Assembly: GCA_964567625.1 (NCBI GenBank) | Contig: CAZMNK010000003.1 | Coordinates: 10,781 to 74,780 of the forward strand | Direction: 5' to 3' | From: an uncultured Enterobacterales bacterium | GTDB lineage: Bacteria > Myxococcota_A > UBA796 > CAJQPC01 | DNA length: 64,000 bases | Notes under the pieces: model-generated | Database searches by the model: none | What the model was told of the DNA's origin: nothing | The model's input: the letters and a program-made list of their open reading frames with translations, nothing else | Part shown: positions 27,540 through 38,400 of the stretch, piece by piece | Position numbering within the stretch: the first letter of the stretch is position 1 | Layout of the letters: every line of letters starts with the position of its first letter | Made by a program: the position numbers and the translations under genes

Positions 27540-28563
27540 GCCCCCCCGAATCCGCGTGGGCCTCTTGGGCACGCTCGGGTTGTTGCTGGCGGGGATTGCC
27601 TGGTGGACCCTGCAAGGCTCGACCGAGCCACAACAAGCCCTTCCAGGTAAAACCGCCGGGACAGAGGAGGCTCCAGCAGGACCAGCGCCTCGTCGCGGCC
27701 GGGCACGGGTCCTGCCCACGCGCCAGAGCCCCGAGGAACCTCTGATCCCTTCCGACCACGGGAGCCAACTTCCGCCTCTTCACCCCCTGGAGTTTGCCCA
27801 CGTGACCTGTCGGCTCTCCACGCCCGTGCCCGCGTCCACCGGAGCCCTGTACAAGAGGGATCGAACCGATCGCCTGCACCTGGTCGGAGAGGCCATGGCG
27901 GTCGGCCAGGAGGTCCGCTTCCCCGCAACGAGAAGAGTGGGGAGCCTCGTGCTTCACCTGGAAGGCTATGAGCCAATTCCCGTCCGCTGGCACAGCAGCG
28001 GCGAGGAACTCCTCTGTGCTTCCGAACCGCTGGTCCTGGAAAGCAGGGCGGAGATGACCCTGACCGGGCGGGTCCTGAACACAGCAGGAAACCCCGAACC
28101 AGATGCCTGGGTCCAGGGTTGCGGCCCGGCCCAGGTCGACGAGAACGGGGTCTTCTCCGTCCTCCCGGTTCGCGCCCCCTGCGCCCTCCGAGCCATCCGC
28201 CAGGACGGCTTCTGGTACTCACGAAGCGAGGTGACCGACATTCCCTGGATCGAGGGGGGATCGCTGGAAGTGGAGCTCGTGGTGAACGAATACCCCCGGG
28301 GTGGGATGGGCATCAGCATCGAACCCGCGGAGGAGGGCATCGGGGTCCTGGAGGTCCACGCCGGGAGCCCGGCGGCCATCGCTGGACTTCAGGCTGGCGA
28401 GATTATCGTCTCTCTCGAGGGAGAACCCTCCCTCGACCTCACCCTGGAGCAATTCGTGGATCGGGCCACCGGCGAGGCCGGCACAGACGTTCACTTCGTG
28501 GTGAAGGGCACCGATGGCTCCGAGCGCGAGGTCACCCTGACCCGGGCCATGCTCGGCCCCTAG
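27505..28563 (+). CDS. Membrane-anchored PDZ domain protein
   Basis: MKTGLSRRPTGMPPRIRVGLLGTLGLLLAGIAWW is an N-terminal anchor. The C-terminal PDZ reads GMGISIEPAEEGIGVLEVHAGSPAAIAGLQAGEIIVSLEG. An alternative start is ATG 27538. Confidence 0.7.
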   Translation: MKTGLSRRPTGMPPRIRVGLLGTLGLLLAGIAWWTLQGSTEPQQALPGKTAGTEEAPAGPAPRRGRARVLPTRQSPEEPLIPSDHGSQLPPLHPLEFAHVTCRLSTPVPASTGALYKRDRTDRLHLVGEAMAVGQEVRFPATRRVGSLVLHLEGYEPIPVRWHSSGEELLCASEPLVLESRAEMTLTGRVLNTAGNPEPDAWVQGCGPAQVDENGVFSVLPVRAPCALRAIRQDGFWYSRSEVTDIPWIEGGSLEVELVVNEYPRGGMGISIEPAEEGIGVLEVHAGSPAAIAGLQAGEIIVSLEGEPSLDLTLEQFVDRATGEAGTDVHFVVKGTDGSEREVTLTRAMLGP

Positions 28564-29538
28564 TCACAGGGCGATCCCGAACATGGCGCTGGCGAGCACC
28601 ATCCCGGCCGCTGCCCCAAGGGGAATGGTGAGGTTGTCGTCGACCCGGCGACTGAAGAGCTCGGCCAGGGCGGCGACCAGGCCAGCACCCAGGGCCAGGG
28701 GAAACCCGGCCCGGGCCAGTTCCGGGTAGAAGAAGTTCAGAGTGATCAGGGTGACCGTCATGGCCACCACCAGGAAGGTGGCACTTCCCTCCAGGGTCCG
28801 GCCATTCAGCAACGGAACCCTGCCAAAACGACGGCCGACCAGTGCCGCGGCTGGATCGCTGAACCCGACCACCACCACCGCCACGGAGCAGAGAGCCATG
28901 GACCCGGTGAGGGCCAGCATGAAGAGGGCCGTGCAGTACCAGGTCGCCGAGTTGATCCGGGTCCATTCATGGGGATGGGCCACCGGCCCGTAGAAGGCCA
29001 TGAGCCGATCGTTGAGGCCCGGCCACAGGCGCCGACCGGCCTCCATCGACCATGCGTAGCCCAGGAAGAGGGCTGCCACAGTCAGCACCGCCTGGGAACT
29101 CCCCAACCACTGCACGACCAGCAAGGCGAACACGCCCCCCGACATGTGGAGGACGTTGCGGCGGTAGTTCGTCGGACGAAGGGAGGGAACATGGACGTCC
29201 TCCACACGCAGGGCACCGGCCAGGTCCTCGTAGACGGGAAGCAGTTGGGCCCGAAAGTCCATCCAGGCCATCCGCAGATCCGGCATGGCGAGGTCCTCGG
29301 AAGGCAGACACTCCTCCAACAGCCTCACCAGCTCGTCCAGGACCGCCCGGAGAGCCGCCACCGGGCCCTCGGCATCGAGACGCTGCTGGAGAGCCCTGAA
29401 GCCTTCCTGGATCTCCTGGATGCGCTCCCGCGCGTTGACCATCGCCTCCTGGCGCCAACGAACCGGGTCCAGGTCGCGCAACAGGGCGTGGAGCGCCAGC
29501 GCGAGTTCCTGGCCATCGAGAGTGGCTGTCTGGACCAT
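28564..29538 (-). CDS. Polyprenol/dolichol kinase or CTP-transferase-like integral membrane protein with an N-terminal helical soluble domain
   Basis: The C-terminal ~200 aa form multiple TM helices ending RRFGRVPLLNGRTLEGSATFLVV...DDNLTIPL, reminiscent of the phosphatidate cytidylyltransferase/dolichol kinase family. GGAG lies 6 nt upstream of ATG 29538. Confidence 0.4.
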   Translation of the reverse strand: MVQTATLDGQELALALHALLRDLDPVRWRQEAMVNARERIQEIQEGFRALQQRLDAEGPVAALRAVLDELVRLLEECLPSEDLAMPDLRMAWMDFRAQLLPVYEDLAGALRVEDVHVPSLRPTNYRRNVLHMSGGVFALLVVQWLGSSQAVLTVAALFLGYAWSMEAGRRLWPGLNDRLMAFYGPVAHPHEWTRINSATWYCTALFMLALTGSMALCSVAVVVVGFSDPAAALVGRRFGRVPLLNGRTLEGSATFLVVAMTVTLITLNFFYPELARAGFPLALGAGLVAALAELFSRRVDDNLTIPLGAAAGMVLASAMFGIAL

Positions 29539-29564
29539 CTTGGTCTCCGGAAGGCTCCCACCAC

Positions 29565-31544
29565 CTAACCGACGGAGTTCCCCCACAACACGGGCCCCAG
29601 CCCGGAGGCCCGTCGCACCGGCCGCTTCAGGCCTTGTCGAAGGACCGCTTCACTCCCCACCAGAACCACAGAGCCACTGGAGCGGGTCACGGCGGTGTAG
29701 ATCAACTCTCGGGTCAACAGGGGCGAGTCCCGCTCGGGCAACACGACGACAACCCGCTGGAATTCCGAGCCCTGGCTCTTGTGAATCGTCATCGACCAGG
29801 CGGGCTGGTGCTCCGGCAGCTTCTGGGGAGCGTGCAGGTCAAGCCCGTCACGGCCCCGGAACACCACCTGGTCCGGGCTCAGGGTCACCCCCACATCGCC
29901 ATTGAACCGCCCCAGGCCGGAATCGTTGCGCAGGACCAGGACCGGGCGACCCCGAGCGTGTGCTCCAGTCGATCGCAAGCGAGCCGTGAGGGGCCGATCC
30001 GCACTGGAGAGCCAGGCCTCGATCTGTCGGTTCAGGCCTGCCACACCGCGCCGGCCACGACGGTGGGCACAGAGCACCCGAAATCCCTCGAAGGCCTCCA
30101 ATACCCGGGCCTGGTGAGACGCCCCCGATTCCCCGGGCCCGGGTCCCTCGTTGAGGCACTGGAGCATCGCGCCATAGCCCGAGACCACGCAGTCGCGGAA
30201 TGCCCCTGGAAGCGGCTGGTCCGGTTCGGCAGGAATCCACTGCACGTCGATTCCCTCCAGGAGCGGGTCTACCGCAGCGTCCACCTGGAAGGGCGTGGCC
30301 AGGCAAGCGGCCGCAAACCGACCCACAGCACTGTCGTCCGAGAACCGGTGGTTGCGATCCAGCTGAACGATGGCGTCCTGGGGTCCCGGTCCCGGTGCCA
30401 GCTCCATGGACGCAGCAGCCCAGCCGGTGGCCCCGGTCACGAGTTCCCGGGCCGAGGCCGACAGCCGAACCGGTCCCGTGCCCACCGGCCCACACAGATC
30501 GGCCAGCACGCTGCCTGCCTCGACCGAGGCCAGCTGATGACGATCCCCCATCAACACCAGGGAAGCCTCTTCGGGCACAGCCTCCTCCAACCGTGCCATC
30601 AGGGCCAGGTCCACCATCGAGGCCTCGTCGACCAGGACCACGTCGACGGCCAGGGGCCGATCACGGTGGTGTCGATACCGGGAGTTGTGGTCCGGGCGCA
30701 CGCCCAGCAGGCGGTGGATGGTGGTGGCCTCCAGGGACTCCAGGTGGGCCTGAAGTTGCTCCGGCGTCAGGACCCCACCCAGGGCGGGCTTCGCCTCCTG
30801 GACAAAGGCAGGCAGGTCCGTGTGAAGGCTCTCCCGAACCCGGGCGGAGGCCTTGCCGGTGGGTGCAGCGAGGGCGATCCGGAGTGGCCCCAGGCCCGGG
30901 TCCGACTTCTGACGAAGGGCATGTTGGACCCACATCAGCGCCAGGGCCCGCCGAATGCTCCAGGTCTTGCCCATCCCGGGGCCCCCGCTGACGACTGCAA
31001 GGCGCCGCAAGCAGGTGATGATGGCTCCCAGAGCCTGGCGATCGAGACCAGCAGCAGCAGCCGGAAAGAGCGCGGACACGCCCACGCGAAACAAGACGGG
31101 ATCGGCCAGCGCCACGGTCTTCGTGGACCGGGCCAGGAGCCCCTGGGCCAGCTGGGCCTGGTGGGTGTGGTACCGGTGGCTGGTCAGCAACCCGTTTGCC
31201 CACACAAAGGGATGGTGTCCGGACCCGTCACCCACCATGGGGCTCGCCACCAGCAGGTCGATCCAGGCCTGGCGGTCCCTGGGCCAGTCAAACTCCGGCA
31301 GCGGAGCCCGCGGTGTCCCCGGCACTTCGGGAACCAGGTCCTCAAAGGCCCCATCGAGCGCCGTTCCCACGTGCCCGCGGCGGGGGGACCGCACCGCCAG
31401 AGCACACCCCAGCAACACCTGGGGGTCCTCCTCTCCAGCCCGGTTGCCGAGCACATGGACGACCTGGAGATCCAGTGGCTCCAGGATCCCCACCTCAACC
31501 AGGGGGCTCAGTGGGTGGTCCTTCCCGGCCAGGAACCGGCTCAT
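29565..31544 (-). CDS. recD: Exodeoxyribonuclease V alpha subunit
   Basis: Walker A VVSGGPGMGKTWSI, Walker B LVDEASMVDL and C-terminal TIHKSQGSEF. ATG 31544 overlaps the recB stop (ATGA). The track ORF to 31700 is over-extended. Confidence 0.85.
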   Translation of the reverse strand: MSRFLAGKDHPLSPLVEVGILEPLDLQVVHVLGNRAGEEDPQVLLGCALAVRSPRRGHVGTALDGAFEDLVPEVPGTPRAPLPEFDWPRDRQAWIDLLVASPMVGDGSGHHPFVWANGLLTSHRYHTHQAQLAQGLLARSTKTVALADPVLFRVGVSALFPAAAAGLDRQALGAIITCLRRLAVVSGGPGMGKTWSIRRALALMWVQHALRQKSDPGLGPLRIALAAPTGKASARVRESLHTDLPAFVQEAKPALGGVLTPEQLQAHLESLEATTIHRLLGVRPDHNSRYRHHRDRPLAVDVVLVDEASMVDLALMARLEEAVPEEASLVLMGDRHQLASVEAGSVLADLCGPVGTGPVRLSASARELVTGATGWAAASMELAPGPGPQDAIVQLDRNHRFSDDSAVGRFAAACLATPFQVDAAVDPLLEGIDVQWIPAEPDQPLPGAFRDCVVSGYGAMLQCLNEGPGPGESGASHQARVLEAFEGFRVLCAHRRGRRGVAGLNRQIEAWLSSADRPLTARLRSTGAHARGRPVLVLRNDSGLGRFNGDVGVTLSPDQVVFRGRDGLDLHAPQKLPEHQPAWSMTIHKSQGSEFQRVVVVLPERDSPLLTRELIYTAVTRSSGSVVLVGSEAVLRQGLKRPVRRASGLGPVLWGNSVG

Positions 31545-34500
31545 GGAGAACCTCCCTGGCCAGTAAACAGCGCAGACAGCCCCTCGATGGTCTCCCGGCG
31601 GGGACGGTCGAAGAACACGCCGTGGCGCCTTCCCTCGACCTGGGGGGTCTCCGGGCCGGTCATTCCACGAAGAAACAGGTAGTAGACCCCGCCGAAACAA
31701 CTGTCGTAGTCGTAGTCGGGAATTCGCTCCCCCAGGAAGCGATGCACGGCCACGGCGTACAGGTGGTACTGCAGGTAGTAGTGGCGGTGTTCCATCGCCC
31801 GCACCAGGCCTGCCAGGGCATAGTCCGAGGGGCGACTTCGGCGATCGGCCGCCGAGGTCAATCGATTGGACTTGTGGTCCACCACGTAGAACCGACCCTG
31901 GTGTTCGAACACCAGGTCGATGAAGCCCGTCAGGTACCCGGCCAGCCGCCCCTTCAGACCCAGGTGCTCCAGGTAGGAGACAGGCAATGCTGGCGACCCA
32001 CCCCCCTTTCGCAGCCAGGCCACCACATCCCCCGCCTGTACCGGCTCATCCTGACCGGCCCGGTAGGCATCCCCGCCCGCCAGGGCCAGGTCGAACCGGA
32101 GTTCGTCCAACCGCTTTTCGCCAGGGATCCCGGCAAGGGTCAGCGCCGGTGCTGCATGAGGAGAGCCATCTCCTCCCAGGGGAGTGTTCAACACCCCGGG
32201 CAGGTGCTCCAGCAGTGGGGGAAGGCAGGTGGCCACGTCGAAGCCGGCCACCTCCAGGTGCTCCGTGGCCACGCACTCCAGGTGAGACCGGGCGACCGCC
32301 ACATCGGCTCCCGGCCGGAAGAGGGTGAAGTCCAGGTGCTCCAGCACGCTGTGGAGACAGGTGCCCGCCACGGCATTTGCCGGCCATGTGTCCAGGGGAA
32401 TCGGCTCTTCGTGCGTGCCTAGAAGGACGTCCGGCGCCTCGCCGATCCGGACCGCGCCGTCCCGGTCCTTGCCCAGGGGCTCCGGACTGGCAACCGTCCT
32501 TCCCAGGGCTACCGGGGCTTCCCCATGGGTGGGATGCAGGCCCGAGTAGCTCCAACGCCGCCAGTGCCGGGCGATTCCCGGGCGTTTGAAGTTCCTCGCG
32601 AAGAGCGTCTCTTCCTGGACCAGGGGAGGCGTCCAGCGGACCGGTGTCAACGGTGCACAGCGACTGACCGAGGCCAGTGCCGTCCCGTCATCGCTGGAGG
32701 CCGACCCGGCCAGGGCCTCGACCACCTGGTCCAGGCGAATGGAGCACGGCTTGAAGGCGCTCCGCTCCTGGCCCTTTTCGAGCCGATCAGAACCCCCGTC
32801 TCCATGGAGTGCTGCTGCCAGGGGAGAGTTGGGAAAACCCGCCACGGCTCCGGTGTAGACCACCACCCGGTGTCGGGCACGGGTCAGTGCCACATACAGC
32901 AACCGCAAGGCCTCTTCCCTGCGCTCTCGCTCCGCCACGGCCTTGTGGATCGCCTTGGGCGCTGCCTTGGGGTCTCGGTGGAGGTCGAGCACGCGCTCAC
33001 AGGGATCCTGGTCCGAAGGGACCACCAGGGCCGCATCCTCGCCCTGTTGAAACACCATGCCGTCCCAGAGGTAGGGCGCAAAGACCACCGGGTACTGGAG
33101 CCCCTTGCTCTTGTGCATGGTGAGCACCTTGACCGCTGCTGCGTCGCTCTCCAGGCGGGCCTCCACAGCTTCCTTTTCCAGGCTGGATGTCTCCCGCTCC
33201 GCCTGGAGCCAGGCCAGCAGTCCCGAGAGTTGCAGGCGTTCTCTCACCTGGGCCTGGTGGGCCAGTTCGGCCAGGTGCAGCCAGTTCGTCAGCCGTCGCT
33301 CCCCATCCGGCCAGGAGAGCAGCCTCTCCAGCCCCGTCCGGCCCTTGGGATCGGGCCCCACATAGGCCAGCAAGCGTCGAAAGGACGCCATCAGCCCCCG
33401 TTTCTCCAGGCCCTGCTGCCAATCCACCAGCGAAGCGATCCACTCGTCCCACCAGGCCATGGCCTCCGGGTCCTCCGCATCCACCCGGCCCAGGTGCTCG
33501 GCCTGCCAGCCCGAGAGGGGAGAGACCGCAGCCGTCCGGGCAGCCCGGCTGGCATTCGGGGCAGCCAGGGCCTTCAACCAGAACTGCAACTGGACAGCCT
33601 CGTCCGAGGCAAAGACGCTGTCTGCGCCCGCAAGGACCGCCGGAACCCCGGCCTGGGTCAAGGCCCGGAGAACTCCACGCCCCTCACGGTTCTTCCGCAC
33701 CAGCACAGCCAGGTCCCCAGGCCCCAGGTCCCGCCAGTCCTCGCCGTCCTTGATTTCTGCCCCAGAGTCCAACAACCCCACGATGTCCGCGGCGATCCGG
33801 CCTGGAAGCCAGCGGTTGAGATCCCCTTTTGCCAGTTGTTCGATCGAGGAACCCGGGACGGCAACTGGGCTCATTCCCTTGTCGAAGAAACGAACCTGGA
33901 GCGGTGCACAGAAGGGTTCCGTCCGGGAGCACTGTGGCCACCGCAACCGGTCCGGCACATGCTCGGGCGGCGCATGCACCGAGACGAAATCGATGTCCGG
34001 ATCGCCAAAGAACCCCGGCCGCCCCATCCAGTGTTCCAGGGCCTCCAGCAACCGCTGGTCGGAACGGTGGTTCACCGTCATCGTGAACCGGTTTCCCCCG
34101 GCGGCGGCCCGGGCAGCCTTGTAGACCGCCAGGTTGGCACCACGGAACCCGTAGATGGCCTGCTTGGGGTCCCCGATCAGGAACAGGAAGTGGTCCAGGT
34201 CTCCAAAAGCGGTGCGAAAGAGTGTCCACTGCAGGGCATCCGTGTCCTGGAACTCGTCGATCAGCGCCGCCTGGAAACGCCCCCCCAGCGCCTTCCGCAG
34301 GGCTTCGTGGCTGGGGTGGGAGTCATCCCCCAGCACTTTCCCAAGGTTCTGCAGCAGGTCCTGGTAGGTCCAGATCCGCGCCCCTCGCGTCCGTTCTTCA
34401 AGCCCACGCCGCAACTCCCGGGCCGCCAGGGCCCGGCACTGATCCACCAGGGCCTGGCCTTCATCCATCAACGCACTGACGCCCTCGATCAGGGGGTGGG

Positions 34501-35437
34501 ACCAGGTCTCACCTTCCGCGCGTTTCGCGGCCAGGGTCCACTCGCTGTAGTTTCGGGCCTTGGCGCCCCCTCCCTTCAGGGACCCCCAGTGGGCCGGCGG
34601 AACCCGTTGTTCCCTCAGCCAACGCTCCACCGCCTCGTGGGCGCCGGACACCGTCTTGTGGGTGTAGGTGCGCTGACCGGTCGAGGTGAAGACGACCTTG
34701 CTCGCATGGGCCTTCTGGGCCTCGTCCGCCAGGTCCTCCCAGTCCTGCTCCCAGAGGTCCGCCAGGTCCTTCGCCCGCTGTCGCCAATCGACCAGTGCCC
34801 CAAGCCGTTCCGACAGGGAGCCCACCGACCCGATCTCCGGCAGAACGGCCATCTCCGGATCGTCGACCAGCTTCCAGGCGATGCGCCCCAGGGACTTCCG
34901 GTTGAAGCCGCAGCTTCCCTGCAGGAACTCCCGCTCCTCCCGGTCCACCGCGTAGAGGCTGCGGCTGAGGACATCCTGGACCGCGTCCTGGACCAGGTCG
35001 GAGACATCTTCTCGCAGCTCCACCCCCAGTTCCGCGTCGCTCTCAAATGCATGGGCCTGCAACATGCGCTGGCAGAAGCCGTGAATGGTCGAGATGAGGC
35101 AGCGGTCCAGGTCCACCAGGGCCTGGTGGAGGCGTTCCAGGGCCCCCTGGGGAGGATGCTGGACCCAGGCCCTGAGCAGGGCGTCCTGGGGCGAAGGCTC
35201 CCGCCCTTCCAGGGCCTTCACCGCAGCGCCGAGTCGCAGGCGAATCCGTTCCCGCAACTCCTGGGTGGCGGCACGGGTAAAGGTGACCACCAGGATCTCG
35301 CTGACCGGCACATCATGCTCGACCAGCAGGCGCAGCACCAGGCTCGTGATGTTCCAGGTCTTGCCTGTGCCGGCACTCGCTTCCAGCAGGGTGACCCCCC
35401 GGACGACCGGCGTCTGGACCTCGTGCCAGACACTCAT
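31541..35437 (-). CDS. recB: Exodeoxyribonuclease V beta subunit (UvrD-like helicase plus PD-(D/E)xK nuclease)
   Basis: LLEASAGTGKTWNI (Walker A), VVTFTRAATQELRERI and ALIDEFQDTD. The C-terminal nuclease motif is GFIDLVFEHQGRFYVVDHKSN. ATG 35437 overlaps the recC stop (ATGA). Confidence 0.9.
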   Translation of the reverse strand: MSVWHEVQTPVVRGVTLLEASAGTGKTWNITSLVLRLLVEHDVPVSEILVVTFTRAATQELRERIRLRLGAAVKALEGREPSPQDALLRAWVQHPPQGALERLHQALVDLDRCLISTIHGFCQRMLQAHAFESDAELGVELREDVSDLVQDAVQDVLSRSLYAVDREEREFLQGSCGFNRKSLGRIAWKLVDDPEMAVLPEIGSVGSLSERLGALVDWRQRAKDLADLWEQDWEDLADEAQKAHASKVVFTSTGQRTYTHKTVSGAHEAVERWLREQRVPPAHWGSLKGGGAKARNYSEWTLAAKRAEGETWSHPLIEGVSALMDEGQALVDQCRALAARELRRGLEERTRGARIWTYQDLLQNLGKVLGDDSHPSHEALRKALGGRFQAALIDEFQDTDALQWTLFRTAFGDLDHFLFLIGDPKQAIYGFRGANLAVYKAARAAAGGNRFTMTVNHRSDQRLLEALEHWMGRPGFFGDPDIDFVSVHAPPEHVPDRLRWPQCSRTEPFCAPLQVRFFDKGMSPVAVPGSSIEQLAKGDLNRWLPGRIAADIVGLLDSGAEIKDGEDWRDLGPGDLAVLVRKNREGRGVLRALTQAGVPAVLAGADSVFASDEAVQLQFWLKALAAPNASRAARTAAVSPLSGWQAEHLGRVDAEDPEAMAWWDEWIASLVDWQQGLEKRGLMASFRRLLAYVGPDPKGRTGLERLLSWPDGERRLTNWLHLAELAHQAQVRERLQLSGLLAWLQAERETSSLEKEAVEARLESDAAAVKVLTMHKSKGLQYPVVFAPYLWDGMVFQQGEDAALVVPSDQDPCERVLDLHRDPKAAPKAIHKAVAERERREEALRLLYVALTRARHRVVVYTGAVAGFPNSPLAAALHGDGGSDRLEKGQERSAFKPCSIRLDQVVEALAGSASSDDGTALASVSRCAPLTPVRWTPPLVQEETLFARNFKRPGIARHWRRWSYSGLHPTHGEAPVALGRTVASPEPLGKDRDGAVRIGEAPDVLLGTHEEPIPLDTWPANAVAGTCLHSVLEHLDFTLFRPGADVAVARSHLECVATEHLEVAGFDVATCLPPLLEHLPGVLNTPLGGDGSPHAAPALTLAGIPGEKRLDELRFDLALAGGDAYRAGQDEPVQAGDVVAWLRKGGGSPALPVSYLEHLGLKGRLAGYLTGFIDLVFEHQGRFYVVDHKSNRLTSAADRRSRPSDYALAGLVRAMEHRHYYLQYHLYAVAVHRFLGERIPDYDYDSCFGGVYYLFLRGMTGPETPQVEGRRHGVFFDRPRRETIEGLSALFTGQGGSP

Positions 35438-38400
35438 GGGGTCGACTCCTTCACCTGGCCAGCCTCGAGGCCCTGCCAGACGGTCAGGGCGATGGCCGCA
35501 AACTCGGGCGACACCCGCCGCGTCGGCCCATGGCCTTCCACAAAAGGACAACCCTCTCGCCAGGCCATGGCGACGGCGGGATCGTCCAGGTCCCCCCGCG
35601 ACCAGTCCGACCCCGGGTTCTCGAAGGCCCGTTCCGCTTGCCCAAGCGCCTGCCTGATGACCTCGGCCTGTTCCGGCGTCACGGCGGGGGGCATTCCCTC
35701 CTCGAAGTCCTCCGCAGTCCACGCCTCACCGAGCGCCCGGGCAAAGGCCGCAGAGGCGTGCTCAAAGAGCATCAGGGGACCACTTCGGGCGGCCAGGTAG
35801 AGCCCCACCACACCCTCCAGGTAGGTCTGCGCGGCCTTCCGGCGATCGGCAGGTGTGGCCCCCGGGGTCCGAAGCCGCTGGGTCTGGGGACCCCTCTGGC
35901 TGTCCCGGGTGATGTGCACCGCCTCGCAGAGCCGTTCGGGCTCCGCCATCTGGCGGGCCTGGAGTCGCACCCAGCTGGCAAGGCTCCGGGTCGGGGACTG
36001 TCCGGAGACGTCGACTGTGACCTGGTGATCTCCGAAGAGATCCTCCAGGCGCCCGGTGAGCACCGCCTGGTCCAACTCCAGGTGAAGGTCCAGCGGGGGC
36101 TCGGGCGTGTGGGGGGCCTCCAGGGATCCGGCCCAGGGATCCGCACCGGCACGCAACTCCAGAACCTGCTCGTGCAGATCCTCCAGCAAGAACGTCCCGT
36201 TGGTTCCCAGGGGCAGTGACCCTTCGGCCCGAAGTCGGGCCCCGAGGTCCGTCTCACCCAGGTTCTTCAGCAGTGCCTGGCGAAGGTTCCAGTTCTCCAG
36301 GTTGTCCAGCTCCACGGGCTCACGGTCCTCCACACCCCCCACCTCGTCCCGGAGCACGATGCCCAGGCCCTCCCGAAGCACCGTTCGCGTCGGCGCCTTC
36401 AGGAAGGCAATCAGGTCGTCCAGGTGGATCACGGGGCGTCCGTCCGGCGCGGCAGGAGCCGGGTTGCCCGAAAAGAAGGGCGGGACCTGGCGATCCCAGG
36501 TTCCGGTCACCGAAGCGCCGGCGAGCAGGCGCAGGTCATAGGACCAGGGCCGTGCCGGGTCCGATGGGTCCACCCCCCCCGCGGTGAACGCCCGGGGACT
36601 GAAGGCCTGGAGCGCGTGCTCGGTGGTCCAGGCCACCGAGGGTCGGCGCCCCCCGATGGGTGAAAAGGTGGTGTCCAGGACGTCTCGCAATTCCCCGATC
36701 GGAGCCGCAGGAGCACGTTCCTCGTTGCTGTGAAGGTCCCGCCCGGTGGAGAGCACGACCAGGTGGTCCCGGGCGGACAGCAAGGCCTCCAGAAGCAGTG
36801 CCCTGTCCTCGTCCCGGGCATTGCGATCCGTGAGACGTGGAGAGGCACTGGTGGGGTCGAATCCCATCACTGCAGGGGACCGCGGAAAGGCCCCATCGTC
36901 CATGCCCAGCAGGCAGACCACCCGGGCGGGAATGCTGCGCATGGGGACCATGGCACAGAAGGTGATCGCACCGCTCTGTTCCCGGTCCGTCACCAGGGGC
37001 ACCTCGAATCGACCAGCCATGTCTTCCCGCAAGGCCCGGAGGGTGACTGCTCGGGTGCAGGAAGCCGCAGGCTCGGCGAGTGCGCCCAGGACCTGCCGAA
37101 CCCTGCGCGTCAGCCAGCCTGCCGAGGGCGGCACCCGAACCAGGTCCTGGAGCACGCCCTCGCAGGCCTTGAGCCACTCCGCCAGGGTCCTGGGTTCCTG
37201 CAGGCCCTCCAGGTGACCCGAGAGCACCGCGCAGAACGACACAAAGCCGTTGAGTACCTTGCCGGCCGAACCCTCGACGTCATCCACCGGGCGCACCGGA
37301 TCCCCCCCGGCCTCCGGCTCCCACAGTCCCCCTTCCTCCCCCATCACCACACCGAGCAACAGCCGTTCCAGCCCGAAGGCCCACGTGTTCCCCCGGTCCT
37401 TCGGCTGCCCCTCCGCTGCCCGGTGGTCCTGGTCCACACCCCACCGAATTCCGGACTGGACCACCCAGGCCCGCACCTGGGCCAGGCCTTCTGCATCGAG
37501 GCCAAACCGGCGACGAACCGGCTCCAGGGACAACAGGTCCAGGACCTCCGACGCCGGCATTCGGCCTTCGGCCAGGGCGAGCACCGAGAGCAGGGCTTCA
37601 GCCACCGGGTTTGTCCGGCGAAGACTCAGATCCACGATCTCGTAAGGCAGCCGTGGGGCGCCTCCCGGACCCCAGGACCCGGAGGACAGGGGCACCTCTC
37701 GGCCGGCCTCGAAGACCGCGGTGATCAGCGGGGCGTAGGTGTCGATGTCCGGGGTCATGACCACCACGTCCCGGGGCTCCAGGTCCCGGTGATCGTCCAG
37801 CAGGTGCAGAAGCACGTCTCTGAGCACCTCGACCTGCCGGGTCGGACCGTGACAAAGGTGAAAGGACAGGGTGCGGTCCCCGGGGGCCACCTGGTGGGGC
37901 TCTTCCGGTCGTCTCGCCCGGAGAAGATCCCCCTGGAGCAGTCGCAGCGCGGTCGAAGAGTCCCGGGCCGGGTCCACGAAGAAGTCGTCACGGCTGGAAG
38001 ACCACTCCTTGCCCGGGGCCTCCAGGTACTGATCGGGCAAGGACTCCAACAGGACCTGCTGGGCACGGGCCACCCGCCCCAGGGACTGAAGGAGCGGATG
38101 CAACTCGTCCTGGCGAAGAAGGGGATCCTCGGGACCACGTTCCAACCAGCTCGGGTCTATGCGTCCTCTCAACTCCGCCCACCAGACCTCGGACGGGCAC
38201 ATCAGGAAGAGCTCCACATCGACGACCCTGGAGACCCCTGCAAGCAGGTTCACCCAGGAAGGGGGCAGGCTCGAGACCCCAAAAACCCGCAGAGGTTGTG
38301 ACCAGGTCTCCTCGGGGTTCGTTCGGGCCCGGAGCTGGCGCAAGGCCCGCAGGTCCTGGACGTCGACCAGGAGGACCTCTGCCACCTCTCGGAAGAGGGC

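Noticed and set aside
32525-35800. 1091-aa plus-strand ORF, with similar giant ORFs at 24507..26105, 5077..6882, 29634..31682, 36730..38301, 2477..4327 and 10807..12081(-)
   Set aside because: All lie antisense to genes with unmistakable homolog motifs (recB, recC, recD, the E1 component, gpmI and others). They have the Arg/Gly/Pro/His/Val-rich, motif-free composition expected from stop-codon-poor antisense frames in high-GC DNA.
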